A stretch of 55,662 nucleotides of DNA, filler included, from Platydemus manokwari (GCA_037951405.1; 5 parts of 5 records of this genome joined end to end with filler, not necessarily neighbours in it); one strand, 5' to 3'; shown: positions 28,291-43,871, counted from the whole stretch's first letter. Notes: a model not told the origin generated them from the sequence alone. Program-made: numbers and translations.

Positions 28291-28806
28291 TGGTGATGAA
28301 CATCTTTTAAAAATTGGTCTTCAACCACCATTTCGGTTTGTGCTGATGTCTCTTTTTTTCCGACTGTTTCACCTTTATTTCTGAGGTCTGGAGAAAAGTA
28401 ATACGGCCCACACCAGTCTTGAATAATATCTCTGATAGAAAGTCTTTCACTTAACGGCCATTACGTAACATTTCATCTAATTAATCTTTTAAGTAAAGGG
28501 CAGTCGTATAATCATTGTTTGTTCGGTCCATTTGAAAGAACTGGTCAATTGAGAGTTTCTGATACTTGGTAAAGTAAATTTGATCTGTGCTGGAACTTGT
28601 TGGGGACTTTGACGGATTTAATTATTAGTTGTCTAAACTCATAAAATTATTTTTTTAATGTCGGAATTATCAAATAATTGTTGACAAGAGAAGAATCGAA
28701 AGTTACATCTAAAACATACAAACACCGCCGAAACTTCTCATAAAACACAATCCAAAACTTGGACAACTTTATATCGGCTTTTATACATGAAAATTGTTTG
28801 AAATTG

Positions 28807-28930
28807 TTGTATCACATTTTGATTTGATCTTTAATGTATCGAGTTCGTTTTGGACTTGTTAATTTTTGTATCACATTTTGATTTGATCTTTAATGTACCG
28901 AGTTCGTTTTGGACTTGTTAATTTTTGTAT
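28807..28930. repeat. 59-bp tandem duplication inside dispersed-repeat copy C
   Basis: ttgtatcacattttgatttgatctttaatgta(t/c)cgagttcgttttggacttgttaattt x2, one mismatch. Confidence 0.9.
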
Positions 28931-30019
28931 GCTCAGAACATGTGTGGCTAAGTCCTTTTTTCGAATTATCAATTTCATGTTATGGTGTTATTTTAAATCT
29001 TTTTCGATTTTCGTTTTCTTATATATAAGCAGTGTTCTTATATATACTCTCGACACATTTATATTTATTGATTGTTGTGTAGATTTTACTTACAAACGAA
29101 CTTGCTGCAGCTAGGAAAACCATCCTTGTTGCAATAATCCATTTATATAGCTCAAAATCTTTATGCTTTTTAATAAATTTTTATACACGTTACCGGATCA
29201 ATTTAGGACCAGAAACAGCTAACATACCACCATAACATATATTTAATATTTTATGCATCATAATCAGAAACTGGATGAAACTTTTATTGATAAAATAAAT
29301 CAAAAATTTAATTCAAATTTGTCCGAATTTGATAGTTCAACGACTTAAAGTTTTGTTTAGTGTGGAGAAAATTAAAAACAATTTTTTAATCTTTGTATTA
29401 CGCTATTAATCCTGTTTATATTGAGTGTTTTTAAAGTTTTTTTTTGGCAAAATCAAACTTAGGACAACGCCAAACAAACCAATGGCACGTAATCATCAAT
29501 ATTAAGGTAATGGCAACAATTCGGTAAACCAAGTAGTTAACTAAATCTAAAATTAAGTTGCACCCACGCAATCTGTATTCATTAATTACATCCTGAATTT
29601 GGTTTTAATTAATCTAATTAAAGTAAACATGCAACTAAAAATTAATTTTTCATTTTTACTGAAAAATTTTGTTTAAAAGACAATAAACAATTAAAGACTA
29701 TGAAAAACATCGCAATTGTATTTCTAAATATTACAAAAGATGATTCAAAGACCAGATCAAACATTGTTCTCTGAAAATTTTCCTACAAATAAACACCACC
29801 AACCATATTTTCAATACGTTTCATATATAATATATCATAAAAATATAGCAAAATTCATGTCAGAATAGAATTCCACCTTTGATAACAAAATTTCTATACT
29901 TCTATATTCATACTTAAATATCAGCTCAATGTCATTTTTAACGAGCAAAAGAAATCAAAAAACAAATCGAACAATTTATTCAATTCACAATCCTACGATA
30001 TCCCATTCAGTGGATATAT

Positions 30020-31431
<1,412 letters not shown>

Positions 31432-31884
31432 TCAAGATATTTCGTTGATCATTATATTTAATCATCGATATTTAATTTTACGTTATTTATCATTGAAATA
31501 GAAAATTTTAAATTCATTGACACTCAAATATTAAATTTCTTTAAACACATTATCAATGACAATAAATTTTTAAAATAAGTATTTAAAATAAATTCAAATA
31601 TGAATCACATTTTAATGTTGCAAACTGAAAGTAAATTATAATTTGATTATCCTAAAATGAATGACATTCTTTAACGATGGCTATTTACTTATTAAGCATG
31701 CTTTATTTTCTCTTATTTTTTATTATTATTTGAATCAAAGTCGTAGTTAATTATTTTTAAATTTTTATATTTTTCAAAGCACTACATATTTTTTTTAATT
31801 GCATTTAAGCTAATTTAAAATATATGTTTCACTATAAAATCCAATTTGTGATGTTGCCTTATGACATTTTATTTTTAACTGATA

Positions 31885-33537
31885 CTTACATGACTCCATT
31901 TCATTGATGATAGCTGTCGTCTTAGTCAGCCTCTGTGGGTTTATGATTAAGACCACGTGTGCAATATACTTTACAACCATTAATAGTTCCACCTAGTACT
32001 ACAATATCTTATGACGATGACATGTGTGGCAACAGTGGTCCTATATTCCTATAATCAGTGTCAATCTTATAATATTAAGCTGTTTGACTATGATATCAAA
32101 ATTGATACTAAAATTGATTTTAGAAATAAAAATATAAAAATTACTCATAGATTTTAAAAATACTGTTTACATGAAATCCTGTAACGAAAACTTTATCAAA
32201 TTCTGGATGAAGTCATAGTTAATATACTCCAGCACTTTTTCAAGAAAAATCAATTAAATTAAAGATTTTTAGGTAAAAATCGATAATATGAGAAATATAA
32301 TACCGATCATTTGTTAACAATATTAAACGCTTACTTAGTTTCTAAACTTTACTGGTAAATATCCTGTCAAATCGAAGATCATATACGAATAAAAAGTAAT
32401 ACCCCTAATGGCTTCTGTGTATATGGTAATCGCGGTAACTGATCTTTTCCTCGTGTTTACTTCTTTTTTCTTCTTGTATGTTTCAGCTTTTAATGCATTT
32501 TATTAATTATTAATTTGTTGAAATTTACTTAATTCGCCAAAACCCTGTGGTTTAGCAATTTGTTTTCCTGTTATTCTAAAGTCTTACTTTTACAGAAACT
32601 ATTAATATTATTATTAGTACTTTCAATATGTTATATGAAATTATTATCATTATTTCTGTTATATTATTTGTTAAATTTATCTCTGTATTATTCGAAAATA
32701 CTATTTTATCTAAATATTTATCATCTTAATGATTTAATTATTAATATTAAAAGTTTTTAAAATTTTAGCATTTAAAATTTTCAATTTATAATTCATGATT
32801 TTAATATACATTTTATAATACATTTTTTCATGTTCAATTGTATNNNNNNNNNNNNNNNNNNNNNNNNNNNNNNNNNNNNNNNNNNNNTTAATTAATTAAN
32901 NNNNNNNNNNNNNNNNNNNNNNNNNNNNNNNNNNNNNNNNNNNTTAAAAAAGTTTTAATCTTGAAATAATGAATATTTCACATTATTTTGATATTTTGAA
33001 AATCTCGGCATTTTTGATCGATGCAAAATATGTAACAATTATTTTGAATGTTGAAAATTTAATATCGAATATATATATATATGAAAACAATATTGATTTG
33101 AAACATTACATTTATTTTAAAATCAATATTAGATTTTAAAACCACAAAAAATGATCTATCAAAATTTGTAATGAAATAGACATTAATTCTATTATTTTCT
33201 GTTTTATGGATAACATTAAAAAAATTAGATAACTTTTATTACTTTTTTCTATTATTAAAATGGATTGCTATTTCCAAACCTCTTATTTTGTTGGAGGTTG
33301 CATTTGTGACAATAATAGCAATGTAAAGTGACCTTGATGAATCAAAATTTATGATGTTTAAATGTATTATTGTTGACTTAAGCATGCATGTGAACGATAA
33401 TAAGTATCAATATTACCATCATAATCGATAGATAGTTTTTGCTATATATTTACCTTAAATCTTAAAGGAGGAACAACATCGAGCCTGTTAGTAACAGCTA
33501 CTTCGCTTGTAATTGATGTTTCAACAGAAGAACTCAT
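31885..33537 (-). pseudogene. Candidate decayed multi-exon gene, possibly WD40-like
   Basis: ATG exon 33537-33454 (MSSSVETSITSEVAVTNRLDVVPPLRFK|gtaaat), then AG/GT-bounded exons ITGKQIAKPQGFGEL and TETYKKKKEVNTRKRSVTAITIYTEAIR, then stop-interrupted AGVY*L*LHPEFDKVFVTGFH and DIVVLGGTINGCKVYCTRG. Spans a gap. Confidence 0.35.
32844..32943. other. Assembly gap with linker
   Basis: N-run with TTAATTAATTAA. Confidence 0.95.
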
Positions 33538-34015
33538 TTTCTTAAAATTTATTTAATTACAACACTTGTTAAAAAATTTTAAACAAATTATAATTCCGGA
33601 AAGAGCCGAACATACATCTATTTACTATTTCAAAAATCCACAGTAAAGTTAAGGTGTTCATACAAACAAAAATCAAATTCAAATCCTGTGCGTTACGATT
33701 TCCAAACCAAACTCTAATCTAATCCATTCGTATGACATTAAATATTGACTTAGTTTACTAGAACATTTGATTTTTATTTTAGCTTTTGATTGTTACATGA
33801 AAAATGTTTTATAAGTATGTTTTGAAATATATTTATGATATTAAAAATGAATCTGTAAATTTTATCGTTGTAAAAAAATAATAAAGAAAATTCTAAATAA
33901 ATCAATATAGAAAATAATAATAATATTAATTAATTAATTAATTAAATGATAAAAATAATACTGCTGTATTTTGGCCTTTTCGAACACTGTTTTCACATTT
34001 TTCAAACATGTATAC

Positions 34016-35057
34016 CAGTAGTTTTCAACCTTTTTGCTGGAGAAACTTCACAAAATCCTTCGTCTGGGTCAAGGAACCATTGTGCAATAATATAATTGCT
34101 TTATGCAGAAAACAGCATTTATTTTTAATAATGAAATAAAAGTACTTTAATTCATAGTATTTTACATGTTTGTTGGTAAAATTAAAATAAAACTGTACAT
34201 GTTTTAATAAACTAAATTTATTCTTATCAAAAACTCAGTGAGAAATTTGAGCCTGGTGTTTCTTGAACAACTCTTTAAAATTCGGTCGTGTTTTTTACAG
34301 ACACACAAGAAGTACATCTTCTACAGACATCAATTGTGCTCGTTTCTTGTGTTTGATGGTTTGAGCTGAAAATCCAAATTCACACAAAAATGAGGTTGAA
34401 ATTTGCACAAGAAGTCGTAGCACTTTCTTGGTAATTGTAGGATAATCCTTTTCAATCAGCAATCAAAATGCATTCAGGTTAAGCTCAAAATGCTTCAACT
34501 TTAATGTCCTGTCATTTATAAACACTTTTGTTAATGTGAATTATTCTTTAGATGGCTCAAATTCTACAAATGAGTTTCTAATCCAGTAATACTGGTCAAA
34601 AGATATCGATGGAAAAATACTTGTCAAGATTTGTTAACAAAGTGTTCAAATAGTTTAAAATCAGGAGCCTAATATCTTGACAATTCCTTTTTAAAGCACT
34701 TGGAAACATTCCCAAATTTCCTGCAGCTGTGTTTCTTCCATATTGTCAAGTTCTTCTGAAAAATATTTATTTTGTCAGTAGAAAACAAGATATTTTCATT
34801 CCTACCCTGTATGCTATTGTTCAAGAGGTTTAGTTCATGAAAGATATCGGTGAGATATGCCAACTTCGAAAACCAATGACCATTACTCAAAGATTCTACG
34901 AAGTCGTTCAGGTTTTCTTGCAATCAAAAAGTCAATAACTATTCTCTTAATTCGTAAAAACGAGAGAATTATTTCCCTCTTATCAACCATCGTATTTAAC
35001 ATGTTGTATATTTGTTCGTTGTTCTAATTTAGAAATTTAGAAATTGCAAAACCCCTG
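34016..35057 (-). mobile_element. Truncated hAT transposon (Buster/Charlie, ZBED5-like), C-terminal transposase remnant
   Basis: WFSKLAYLTDIFHELNLLNNSIQG and the dimerisation-domain STSFLCEFGFS...RPNFKELFKKHQAQISH*. Terminus CAGTAGTTTTCAACC at 34016; possible opposite terminus CAGGGGTTTTGCAA ending at 35057. Frameshifts and stops present. Confidence 0.85.
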
Positions 35058-36001
35058 TAGTGTACTGGTAGATCGAATGGATGAAATAAAATTATAAATA
35101 ATTATTATTTATTTTAATAGGTTTATACAAGGGGATATTATTAAAATTTCAAACGGTTATTATGAACTGCAAGAGTTTATTAATTATTTATTTATATCCT
35201 TGAATTATTCACTAATTGGGAATTATTGTGTTGGATATTTCGATGTAATTATAAAGTAGGTACTCATTTATTAGGATTTCTTTTACAGGTATTTTAAATA
35301 TAGGTCTTTATCTATGGGAGGGTTTATGAACTAGTTGCATTATTTCATTATCTCTAATACAATTATTCATGCAAAAATGTTTTATTGAAGATTTCTGTGA
35401 TCACCAGTATTTGTATTTCATAAGAGATTTTTGAATACTTACAAATGATGCTACGGGAATCTAACTTCGGTGCAAATATTAATAAATTAACAGGCTGGAT
35501 TTTAACTTCACCTGGATTAATAATTAAACTATAAACCACCTTTCTATAAAAAGATTACTGGTGATTCGAACCTTTGGTAAATTCTTTACATACTAGGACT
35601 TTATTCACAAAATATAATGATGAATTATAATTATTTACTTTAAAAATTAGTACTATTATTGGTTATGATATCACTATAAACTACGAAGTTGTTTAAAAAT
35701 ACTTTAGGGAGTTGTTTACACGATGTTATTACAGTTTCCATTATATTACTGATGCTATATGATTAATAAATATTCCATAATAAAACCTATATTCATGATA
35801 TTCCACTACTTGAAATAGAATTAAAAATTTGAAATTGCATAAAACTATTCTAAGAGAAATAAAATTTAATGAATAAATTTTAAAGTAAAAAATTAGAATT
35901 GTAAGAAAAATAATACATTTTAAAATATGAATTTAATTTTAAAAGTTAATATAGTTATTTCTTTGTATTTGTTTAAAAATTGTGTTTCTATATCAATAAT
36001 A

Positions 36002-37657
36002 ATGTTGCTATCTCGATCTAAACCCGTCAATTCCTCTACTGGAACCAACGAATTGAAAAAATACAAAGAAATTCCAAAACTAGAAAAGTTTTTAGAAAAA
36101 AGAGATTTCACTGGTTCAATTGCACTTTTAGAATATTCCAAAAACAGTGAATCTGCACTAGAGAATGTAGAATTATGGATTGCTTATTGTGCATTTCATC
36201 TTGGTGACTATAAAAAGGCACTTGAAGAATATCAAATAATTACAAAGCAAAGTAAGTTTAATCCGGATGTTTGGATTTATATAGGATGTTGTCAGTTTTT
36301 TCTTGGTATGTATGAAGAGTCAGATTCATCTGCCAAAAAAGCTCCGAAAAGTCGTTTGCAAAATAGGTTGCAATTTCATTTATCTCATAAATTTAATGAT
36401 GAGCGCAGACTTATGTCTTATCACCAAAATCTTCAAGATATAATTGAAGATCAGTTATCACTTGCTTCTATACATTATTTGAGAAATCATTATCAAGAAG
36501 CCATCGATGTTTACAAGCGTATTTTACTGGAGAACAGAGATTTTTTGGCTTTGAATGTTTATGTAGCATTATGTTACTACAAATTAGATTATTATGATGT
36601 TTCTCAAGAAGTGTTACAAATATATCTACAACAATATCCTGATAGTGCAATTGCAATTAATTTAAAAGCATGTAATCACTTTAAATTGTATAATGGTAAG
36701 GCAGCTGAATCTGAATTAAAGGCTTTATATGATATTTCATCTTCATCATTTACTTTCGCTAAAGATTTAATCAAACATAATTTGACTGTATTTCGTAATG
36801 GTGATGGTGCACTTCAAGTTTTGCCAAGTTTAATTGATACATTACCAGAAGCCCGCTTAAATTTAGTTATTTATTATTTAAAATTAAATGACATTAATCA
36901 AGCTTATGATTTGATGAAAGATGTTGATCCAACTACACCACAAGAATACATATTGAAAGGAGTTGTGAACGCTGCAGTTGGTCAAGAACAATGTTCTAGA
37001 GAAAATTTAAAATTAGCTCAACAGTATTTCCAATTAGTTGGAGGATCAGCAAGTGAATGTGACACGATACCAGGAAGGCAATGTATGGCATCATGTTTCT
37101 TTTTATTGAGACAATTTGAAGATGTTCTTGTATATTTGAACTCAATTAAAAGTTACTTTTATAATGATGATAATTTCAACTTTAATTATGCTCAAGCTAA
37201 AGCTGCAATAGGAAACTATAAAGAAGCCGAAGAAATATTCATTTTAATTCAAAATGAAAAAATTAAAATCGATTATGTTTATCTTAGCTGGTTAGCTAAA
37301 TGCTACATCATGAACAAAAAAGCCCGATTGGCTTGGGAATTGTATCTAAAAATGGAAACATCCGCAGAATCATTTAGTCTTCTCCAGTTATTGGCAAATG
37401 ATTATTATAAAATGGGAGAATTTTATTATGCTGCTAAAGCATTTGATGTTTTAGAAAGATTAGATCCGAATCCAGAATACTGGGAAGGTAAGCGCGGAGC
37501 TTGTGTCGGATTATTTCAGATGATTCTGGCAAATAAAGAGTCTAAAGATAAATTAAGAGAAATCGTTTTACTTCTCAGAAATTCGAATAATCCACAAATC
37601 GAATATATTATTAAAACAATTAAAAAATGGGCCAAGGAAAATGGTTTAACCATTTAA
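36002..37657 (+). CDS. TTC26: Intraflagellar transport protein 56 (TTC26/DYF-13), intronless, 551 aa
   Basis: MLLSRSKP start, [79 protein letters not shown]. The probable start is the ATG at 36002 rather than 35927. Confidence 0.96.
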   Translation: MLLSRSKPVNSSTGTNELKKYKEIPKLEKFLEKRDFTGSIALLEYSKNSESALENVELWIAYCAFHLGDYKKALEEYQIITKQSKFNPDVWIYIGCCQFFLGMYEESDSSAKKAPKSRLQNRLQFHLSHKFNDERRLMSYHQNLQDIIEDQLSLASIHYLRNHYQEAIDVYKRILLENRDFLALNVYVALCYYKLDYYDVSQEVLQIYLQQYPDSAIAINLKACNHFKLYNGKAAESELKALYDISSSSFTFAKDLIKHNLTVFRNGDGALQVLPSLIDTLPEARLNLVIYYLKLNDINQAYDLMKDVDPTTPQEYILKGVVNAAVGQEQCSRENLKLAQQYFQLVGGSASECDTIPGRQCMASCFFLLRQFEDVLVYLNSIKSYFYNDDNFNFNYAQAKAAIGNYKEAEEIFILIQNEKIKIDYVYLSWLAKCYIMNKKARLAWELYLKMETSAESFSLLQLLANDYYKMGEFYYAAKAFDVLERLDPNPEYWEGKRGACVGLFQMILANKESKDKLREIVLLLRNSNNPQIEYIIKTIKKWAKENGLTI

Positions 37658-38639
37658 AGATATAGTTAATTTCAAATAATGATATTTAAATTTGTAATTT
37701 GCTTCGAAATCAAAAAACTCCTGCATAAGATTTAACTGTGTTTCGTTTTGCATTTGATTGTTTTATTAATTATATCAAATCAAGATTTCAATTTATCATG
37801 AAAAAATAATTTTGAATAAAATATTTGTTTAATTAATTTTTTCTAATAACTGATATTTTAAAACATTTTAATGCCAATTTTAATTTTGTTATCGAACATT
37901 TTGCTGATGTTACGAAGTTCCATTTATATAGAATTTTAATTGTAATCTGCGAATCACCTATTAAAGCTCTTCATTTTAACTGACAATATGATTTTTTTGT
38001 AAATATAAATCACGAGAAAATCTAATTCTTTAGTCAATTAAGATCATTAAACTTAGCAAGTCTCTAATTTATCTATTCATAAAATAGAATTTTTTTTACA
38101 TTCCTTTTGATTTAATTCGTAATTTTTATACATTTCGCTTCAAAAAATAATTCACCACAAACAATACTAATTGTATGGAATTTAATCTCAATCATCATAA
38201 AATGAGGCTACTACGCAAAAAAATACAGATGTTAGGTTCTCCTATGTATTGACGCTGTAGTTCAATGAATTCGGTAAATGAGTTCAATTATAAATTTACC
38301 TTACCAGACTACACTACAACACTCAAATAAACTTTAGTTATACTAACAAAATATTCACAAATTGTTATCTACTAACTGATGGATTTCTATTTGTAAAATT
38401 TTATTTTATATCACTTGATTGTTGATAACCCAGCACGTTAGTTCGATATTTACTCCACGATTGTAGTAGAGAAAAATAGCACTTTAACACCTGAATGATT
38501 TTAATCATTATACAAATTATACCAATATCACTATTTCCTGTGTTCAGAATGAGGTTTGACACAAATTATGATTTAAAAAATGAATGATGACCGACTAGAG
38601 ATCACTGATACGCCGATATTTTCTATTATTTATTATAGA

Positions 38640-39650
38640 TTTTAGTGTGTAAAGTACGCCATATGATTGCTTGTTTTAATATTCAATTGTTTGATATTGT
38701 TTTTAATTATGCGTTTATTATGAATTTTACTGCCGACAACGCTGTGAAAATTAATGCTGTTACCAGAATCCAACAGCGCAAGATGTTTCTGAAAACACTT
38801 TTTAAAAAGGTATAAGAATAACTGAAAATATTCGAAAATATGCCAAATAAGACTCAAATGAAGCTATTCGATGGATCCATACTGTAGAAGACTTGTTATT
38901 AATCAATGACCTCGTTATCATAAGCGCCTTTTACTTATTATTATCGAAGGAAGATGGAATTTTAACGAAATACCTTTAAAATTAAAAAGTCGATTACCGA
39001 CTTAAATGTTGAATTAGCAAGAGTTCAACAAAATGATAATGAACAATTTGACACATTCAAGATTCGAGTTTTGGGGTCACTCTCTTTTTTATTCTTTATT
39101 ATTATTCTTTTTGATTGATCGAAATTTACGTCTTATCAGTACTCTGATTTCGTCTTGACCCTCAGGTAGTATTTTTACGTTACGAGTTTTGATGTTTATT
39201 CACATCGACGATCGCGACTTATATGGAGATAAGCGGATCGATATTATCTTATTCTTATCTCTTGCCTTTATTATCGTCTCCTCACTCTTATTATCAGTCT
39301 CTCTTATTAATTTATTTGACAAAACTGTTCCCAAAATATGTATTTTACAGGAATTATTTTTACGTGATCTCAACCTTTGATGGGCAGTTTAATTAAATAT
39401 TCTTCCTATATTGCTATAGGTCATAAACTGGATAGCACGGCTTCAGAGAAACTGGCTGGCTTCGGTGGCAAAATTATCTTCTTCGATTATCGGTTCACAC
39501 AACACACTATTTTAGTGGTTAATATGTTAAAGATTTCTAAGATTTGTTTCCTCAATCAAGTAAGTAAATCATTTGGTAGAGCACCTATTTTCGAGAAGGT
39601 TTTAATGATGTTTCAAGTGGGAAAAATCTTTAATTTTTCTAACAACAATT
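38640..39650 (-). mobile_element. Decayed LTR-retrotransposon gag-protease remnant
   Basis: ORF 38642..38857 contains LALLDSGNSINF (retropepsin active-site motif ALLDSGAxxNF). Upstream purine-rich low-complexity sequence resembles a gag tail. Boundaries are approximate. Confidence 0.5.
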
Positions 39651-40367
39651 AGTTTGTGATTAAAGCCCGGAAAAATTGAGATAATTATTATGCTGCCTAT
39701 GCTATAAATAACTCTCAAGGACAATACACCTTTATTTTCTTCCGGATATAAGAAATAACTCTCATGCATAACTTGGGTTTGAAGAAATCTTAATCTTTGA
39801 AATCATAGGCTAAACAACAATATGTGTAATAAAAATATGAAAATAATCTCAATACTTAATTACTAAAATGAGGAAATCAAAATTATAAAAACTTTACATG
39901 AAATTATAAAAATAAAACATAAAGAATTATAAAATACCAGAATCATGAAATTAAATCATAAATATAAGAAATTTCCAATCAAAACATAAATACAAGAAAT
40001 TATAAAACACAAGATAAATAAAACGATATTTAATATATAACCATGGCAATTTATAGATTGAAAAGGCAACAACATAAGCATTGATATGTCAATATATCAA
40101 AATAACATCTCAAAACAGGGAAAAAATGGTAAATAAATGAAAAATATTAATTAGCCAATCACAGGCCAAACAAGTGATAAAAAATACTATTAAAACAATT
40201 ACCAAAAAGATATTCGCACAAAAAGTATGCGAAAAGGGAAAATTATCGCAAGAAAAATTCTACAAAATTTCAATAATATTTCAACTATTTTACTACAATA
40301 TTATTTCAATCGTGAGTAAATTTTGTTCATTTAACATTGCCCACAACATATTATTACTTAATTTACC

Positions 40368-41140
40368 GTGACAAAGTTCGCATCGAATATTTGACAACTT
40401 TCTAACTTCTATTCCGACCTCTTTTTTCCTTCATTGTTGTGTCACATAAGGTATCAGCACTGATTTTTGACTTCTTCGTGGCACTAAAGTTGAAACGTTA
40501 AAATTTATAATATTAAACATTCGATATTTGTATTAATTCAAAAATTGTAATTATTGTGATTAGTAAATAAATCTTGAAAACTTCATTATGTTCTCATATT
40601 ATTATATATAGTAACAAGCAACATACCATGTGACTTATTTATAAACTTATATTTTCCTTGACTATCCTTTAAGCCAGTTTGTAAATATAGTCCCCATCAC
40701 TGTTTGCAAATTATCTTCAATACATCAGGACGGAAACATAAAAGATACTGCACTAAGCATGTGTTATTTTTAATTATCCTACTTTATAAATGAACACAAT
40801 TTGGAATCACATTTGTTAATTCTGTTTTCATAGTAATTACGCACAACCTTATTAACTGCTAAGGAATCAAAATATAATCTAAAGATTTTAGGTAAAAAGA
40901 TATTTTGAAAATAGATCAGCTTTGATGTTTGATATCACTAAGCATTTTTAACTCAAACAATCGAATTCCCAAAAAATATAAAAAATATGAATCCCGATTC
41001 AGACTTCTTATATATATTTTTCAGGGACATTTGCAAGTAAGCATTTCACCCAGAGTGTATATGTTTTGTTAGCAATTTCTGATGAAAAATACAATTTTTG
41101 GGATCAACTGAAATTCATTGAAGAAGCAAATATCTGTTAT
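40368..41140 (-). pseudogene. Candidate decayed multi-exon gene of unknown identity
   Basis: Consecutive AG...GT-bounded segments separated by short AT-rich spacers: LYFDSLAVNKVVRNYYENRINKCDSKLCSFIK and QYLLCFRPDVLKIICKQ*WGLYLQTGLKDSQGKYKFINKSH. In-frame TGAs present. Confidence 0.3.
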
Positions 41141-42026
41141 AATATGTTAAAAAATTTGAAACTTTTTTAATTTTGTTTTTTATCTTATCATTAAAGAATT
41201 TTTATTTTCAATTTTACTTATAAAAATTATTTAATTAAAAATTAAATTAAAATGAAATTTTAATAAATACTAAAAGGTAAAATAAATTAAATTAAAATAA
41301 AGTTGTTAATAAAATAAGTAACATATAATAGACTTAATTAAAAATACGAATAGGAATAACTTATGAACTAAGGCTTTTAATAACTTTATAACTACATTTA
41401 GTTTATTAACTTCTAACTCAAAATTAAGTTTAAAAATAAATCACAATTTACTTTCAAATTCGAATTATTAATAACAAGCAGCTTAAATGGTTATCATAGC
41501 CTTACCAATTATGATTTTGGAGATTTTTTGAGTCAGACACCAAATAAAATTAAATCAGTTGAATTGCAAGTATTTTCTAATATTGGGTTTTGAAAAATAA
41601 TTAGGATAATTTTTTTAATGAAACCAATTTTACATTATAAATTGCACACTAATTTATAAAATATTATTGATCACTATTGTTTAACAATTTATAAATAGTC
41701 TGAATGTTTGTTGAAGATTTTTAAGATTTTATTTTTTTTAATCGAACAATGAAATGTAATTAAATTAATTTTATTGATTAATTAATAGTTTGGAAAAATT
41801 TAACTTTTTAAAAATAAAATCTGGTAATTTGTTAACTATTTTCACGCAACATCAAACATTAAATTTCCAAAACAATTAAAAATTACTTTCATACAATATT
41901 GTAATTTAATAAACTAAATTTTAATAGATTAGTAATTATTCTATAATTAACACATCGTTGAAGATTATTTGTTTTAATAACATTTGTTTATAATTTATTT
42001 TGTGTTAGATTTGCTGTCATTTTGTG

Positions 42027-43389
42027 ATGGGACGAAAAAAGAAAAAGCAACTTAAACCGTGGTGTTGGTATGAAATCATATGATTCATATTAAATATTTA
42101 TGTGCTTACTTAGGTACTGTAATAGAGAATTTGATGACGAGAAAATTTTAATTCAACATCAAAAATCTAAGCATTTTAAATGTACTTTTTGTCACAAAAA
42201 ACTGTATACAGGTCCAGGATTATCTATTCATTCCATGCAGGTACATTGCAAAAATGCGATATCATATTTAGTTAAAATTAGGTACATAAAGAAAAAATCG
42301 ATAAAATACCGTTTGCATTGCCTCATAGAAGTAATGTTGAGATAGAGATTTATGGAATGGAAGGGATACCCGAAGAAGATATTAAGGACCATGAGCGACA
42401 AAAAATGGGAAAAGAAGGTAGTTATTAGATTTTCTAGTTATTAGATTTAAGCTATGTATAGATGAAGTAGAGGAAAAGAGAATAAAAATCGATATTCCAA
42501 TTCCTAATCAAGTTTTCCACATGCCTGGTATACCTCTCTCAGCTCCCGGTGTCCCATTTATTCCACCTCTTTGTAAGATTAATTTTAATTATTTAAATTT
42601 AACAAAAATAATTAGCTGTACCCGTTATGCCTCCAATTCAATTTGGGTAAATTTTTATATGTTTATTTTCTTTAAAAAACGTATGTAGCATTGGACCTCC
42701 TCCTATATTGGTGAGACCAGCCATTCAAGTTCCTGGAATTATTCAACATGGAATTGCCAGAATTAATCCGATTGGAAACCCTGTTCCTGTAAGTTTAGTG
42801 ATGCATACACAACAATCAACTCCTACTAACCAAGTAGCTTCTAATAATCAAATAAAAGTGGAAAACAATATTCCGCCACCTCCACCACCTCCTCCATCAA
42901 CGACAGAAACAACCTGCACAATAACCAACAATGTTCCCACTTTTCCAGCGTATTCGGGTAGTACTGATGTAACAAAAACCATTCAGAAAGTTACGAAACC
43001 CACAAGTTCTACCCAAAACGTTAAAGTTATATTGGTGCATCCCGAAGATGATTTACCCCTAGAACAAATTCGTTTAAAACTGACAAAATATTCATCATTT
43101 CTTAATGTCACGCCTAAAGTCTCTGAGGATTTAACGTGGTCTAGGCAAAATGCACCACATTTATTAATAAATTCTTCAGAAAGTGAAATTATTCCACCAC
43201 CTCCACCACCGTCAACAGTTCTCAACACGTATGTTCCTCAATTGGGTGGACCAGTACAAAGACGTAATATTAAATAAAATAATAATAATTATTATTATTT
43301 TAATAGCTCAAACAATGGTACGTCCGTGGATATCGCCAAACATAGGAGTATTTGTAAAGCCTCATAGTTTTGGTGGTTCGAGTTATTAG
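42027..43389 (+). CDS. ZNF207: BUB3-interacting and GLEBS motif-containing protein ZNF207/BuGZ, multi-exon
   Basis: [14 protein letters not shown]|[55 protein letters not shown]-like [15 protein letters not shown] last intron at 43264-43306 gives the C-terminus ...SFGGSSY* at 43389; unspliced stop is at 43277. Confidence 0.95.
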
Positions 43390-43871
43390 TGGTGGATTAA
43401 ACGTTTAACATTACAAGGCAAGAAATAAGTGTTTTTCTTATGTTATATGGTTAATAAATGATTACAATGCTTTTTGTTTTACATTTTCCATATTGAAAAA
43501 ATTTAACTTTTAGAAATTCAAAGAACTATATTTCATCGAAGGGTTAAATCGTTTCTGACCAATGAATAAGGTAGATTGAATTTACTGATTCAGTCGCATT
43601 ATTTGTTAATGCTGGGTTTATACCCCTAATCTCATTATTGAGATTGGTGACTTTAATTATAATTTATTTAAATTTTTCGGATAATTAAGTTTTATAAACA
43701 ATTTTCAGATGTTTTATTTTTGAAATTTGACGAGATTGGTTGAATAATTAATTTTAATGTAATTGGATTTATCTACTAAATTTTATTAAAGAGATCATAA
43801 AATTAACATTTATATATTTATTAAGAGGTATTTGAATAATACTAGTTAGAAATTGTTCAATGTGTTAATAA

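Noticed and set aside
28807-28930. Direct repeats considered as a CRISPR-like array
   Set aside because: Two adjacent 59-bp units with no spacers, in a eukaryotic context with no cas genes.
35927-36001. Hydrophobic 25-aa N-terminal extension on TTC26 (signal-peptide-like)
   Set aside because: Orthologs begin at the MxLSRxKP motif; the extension is most likely AT-rich 5' UTR that is open by chance.
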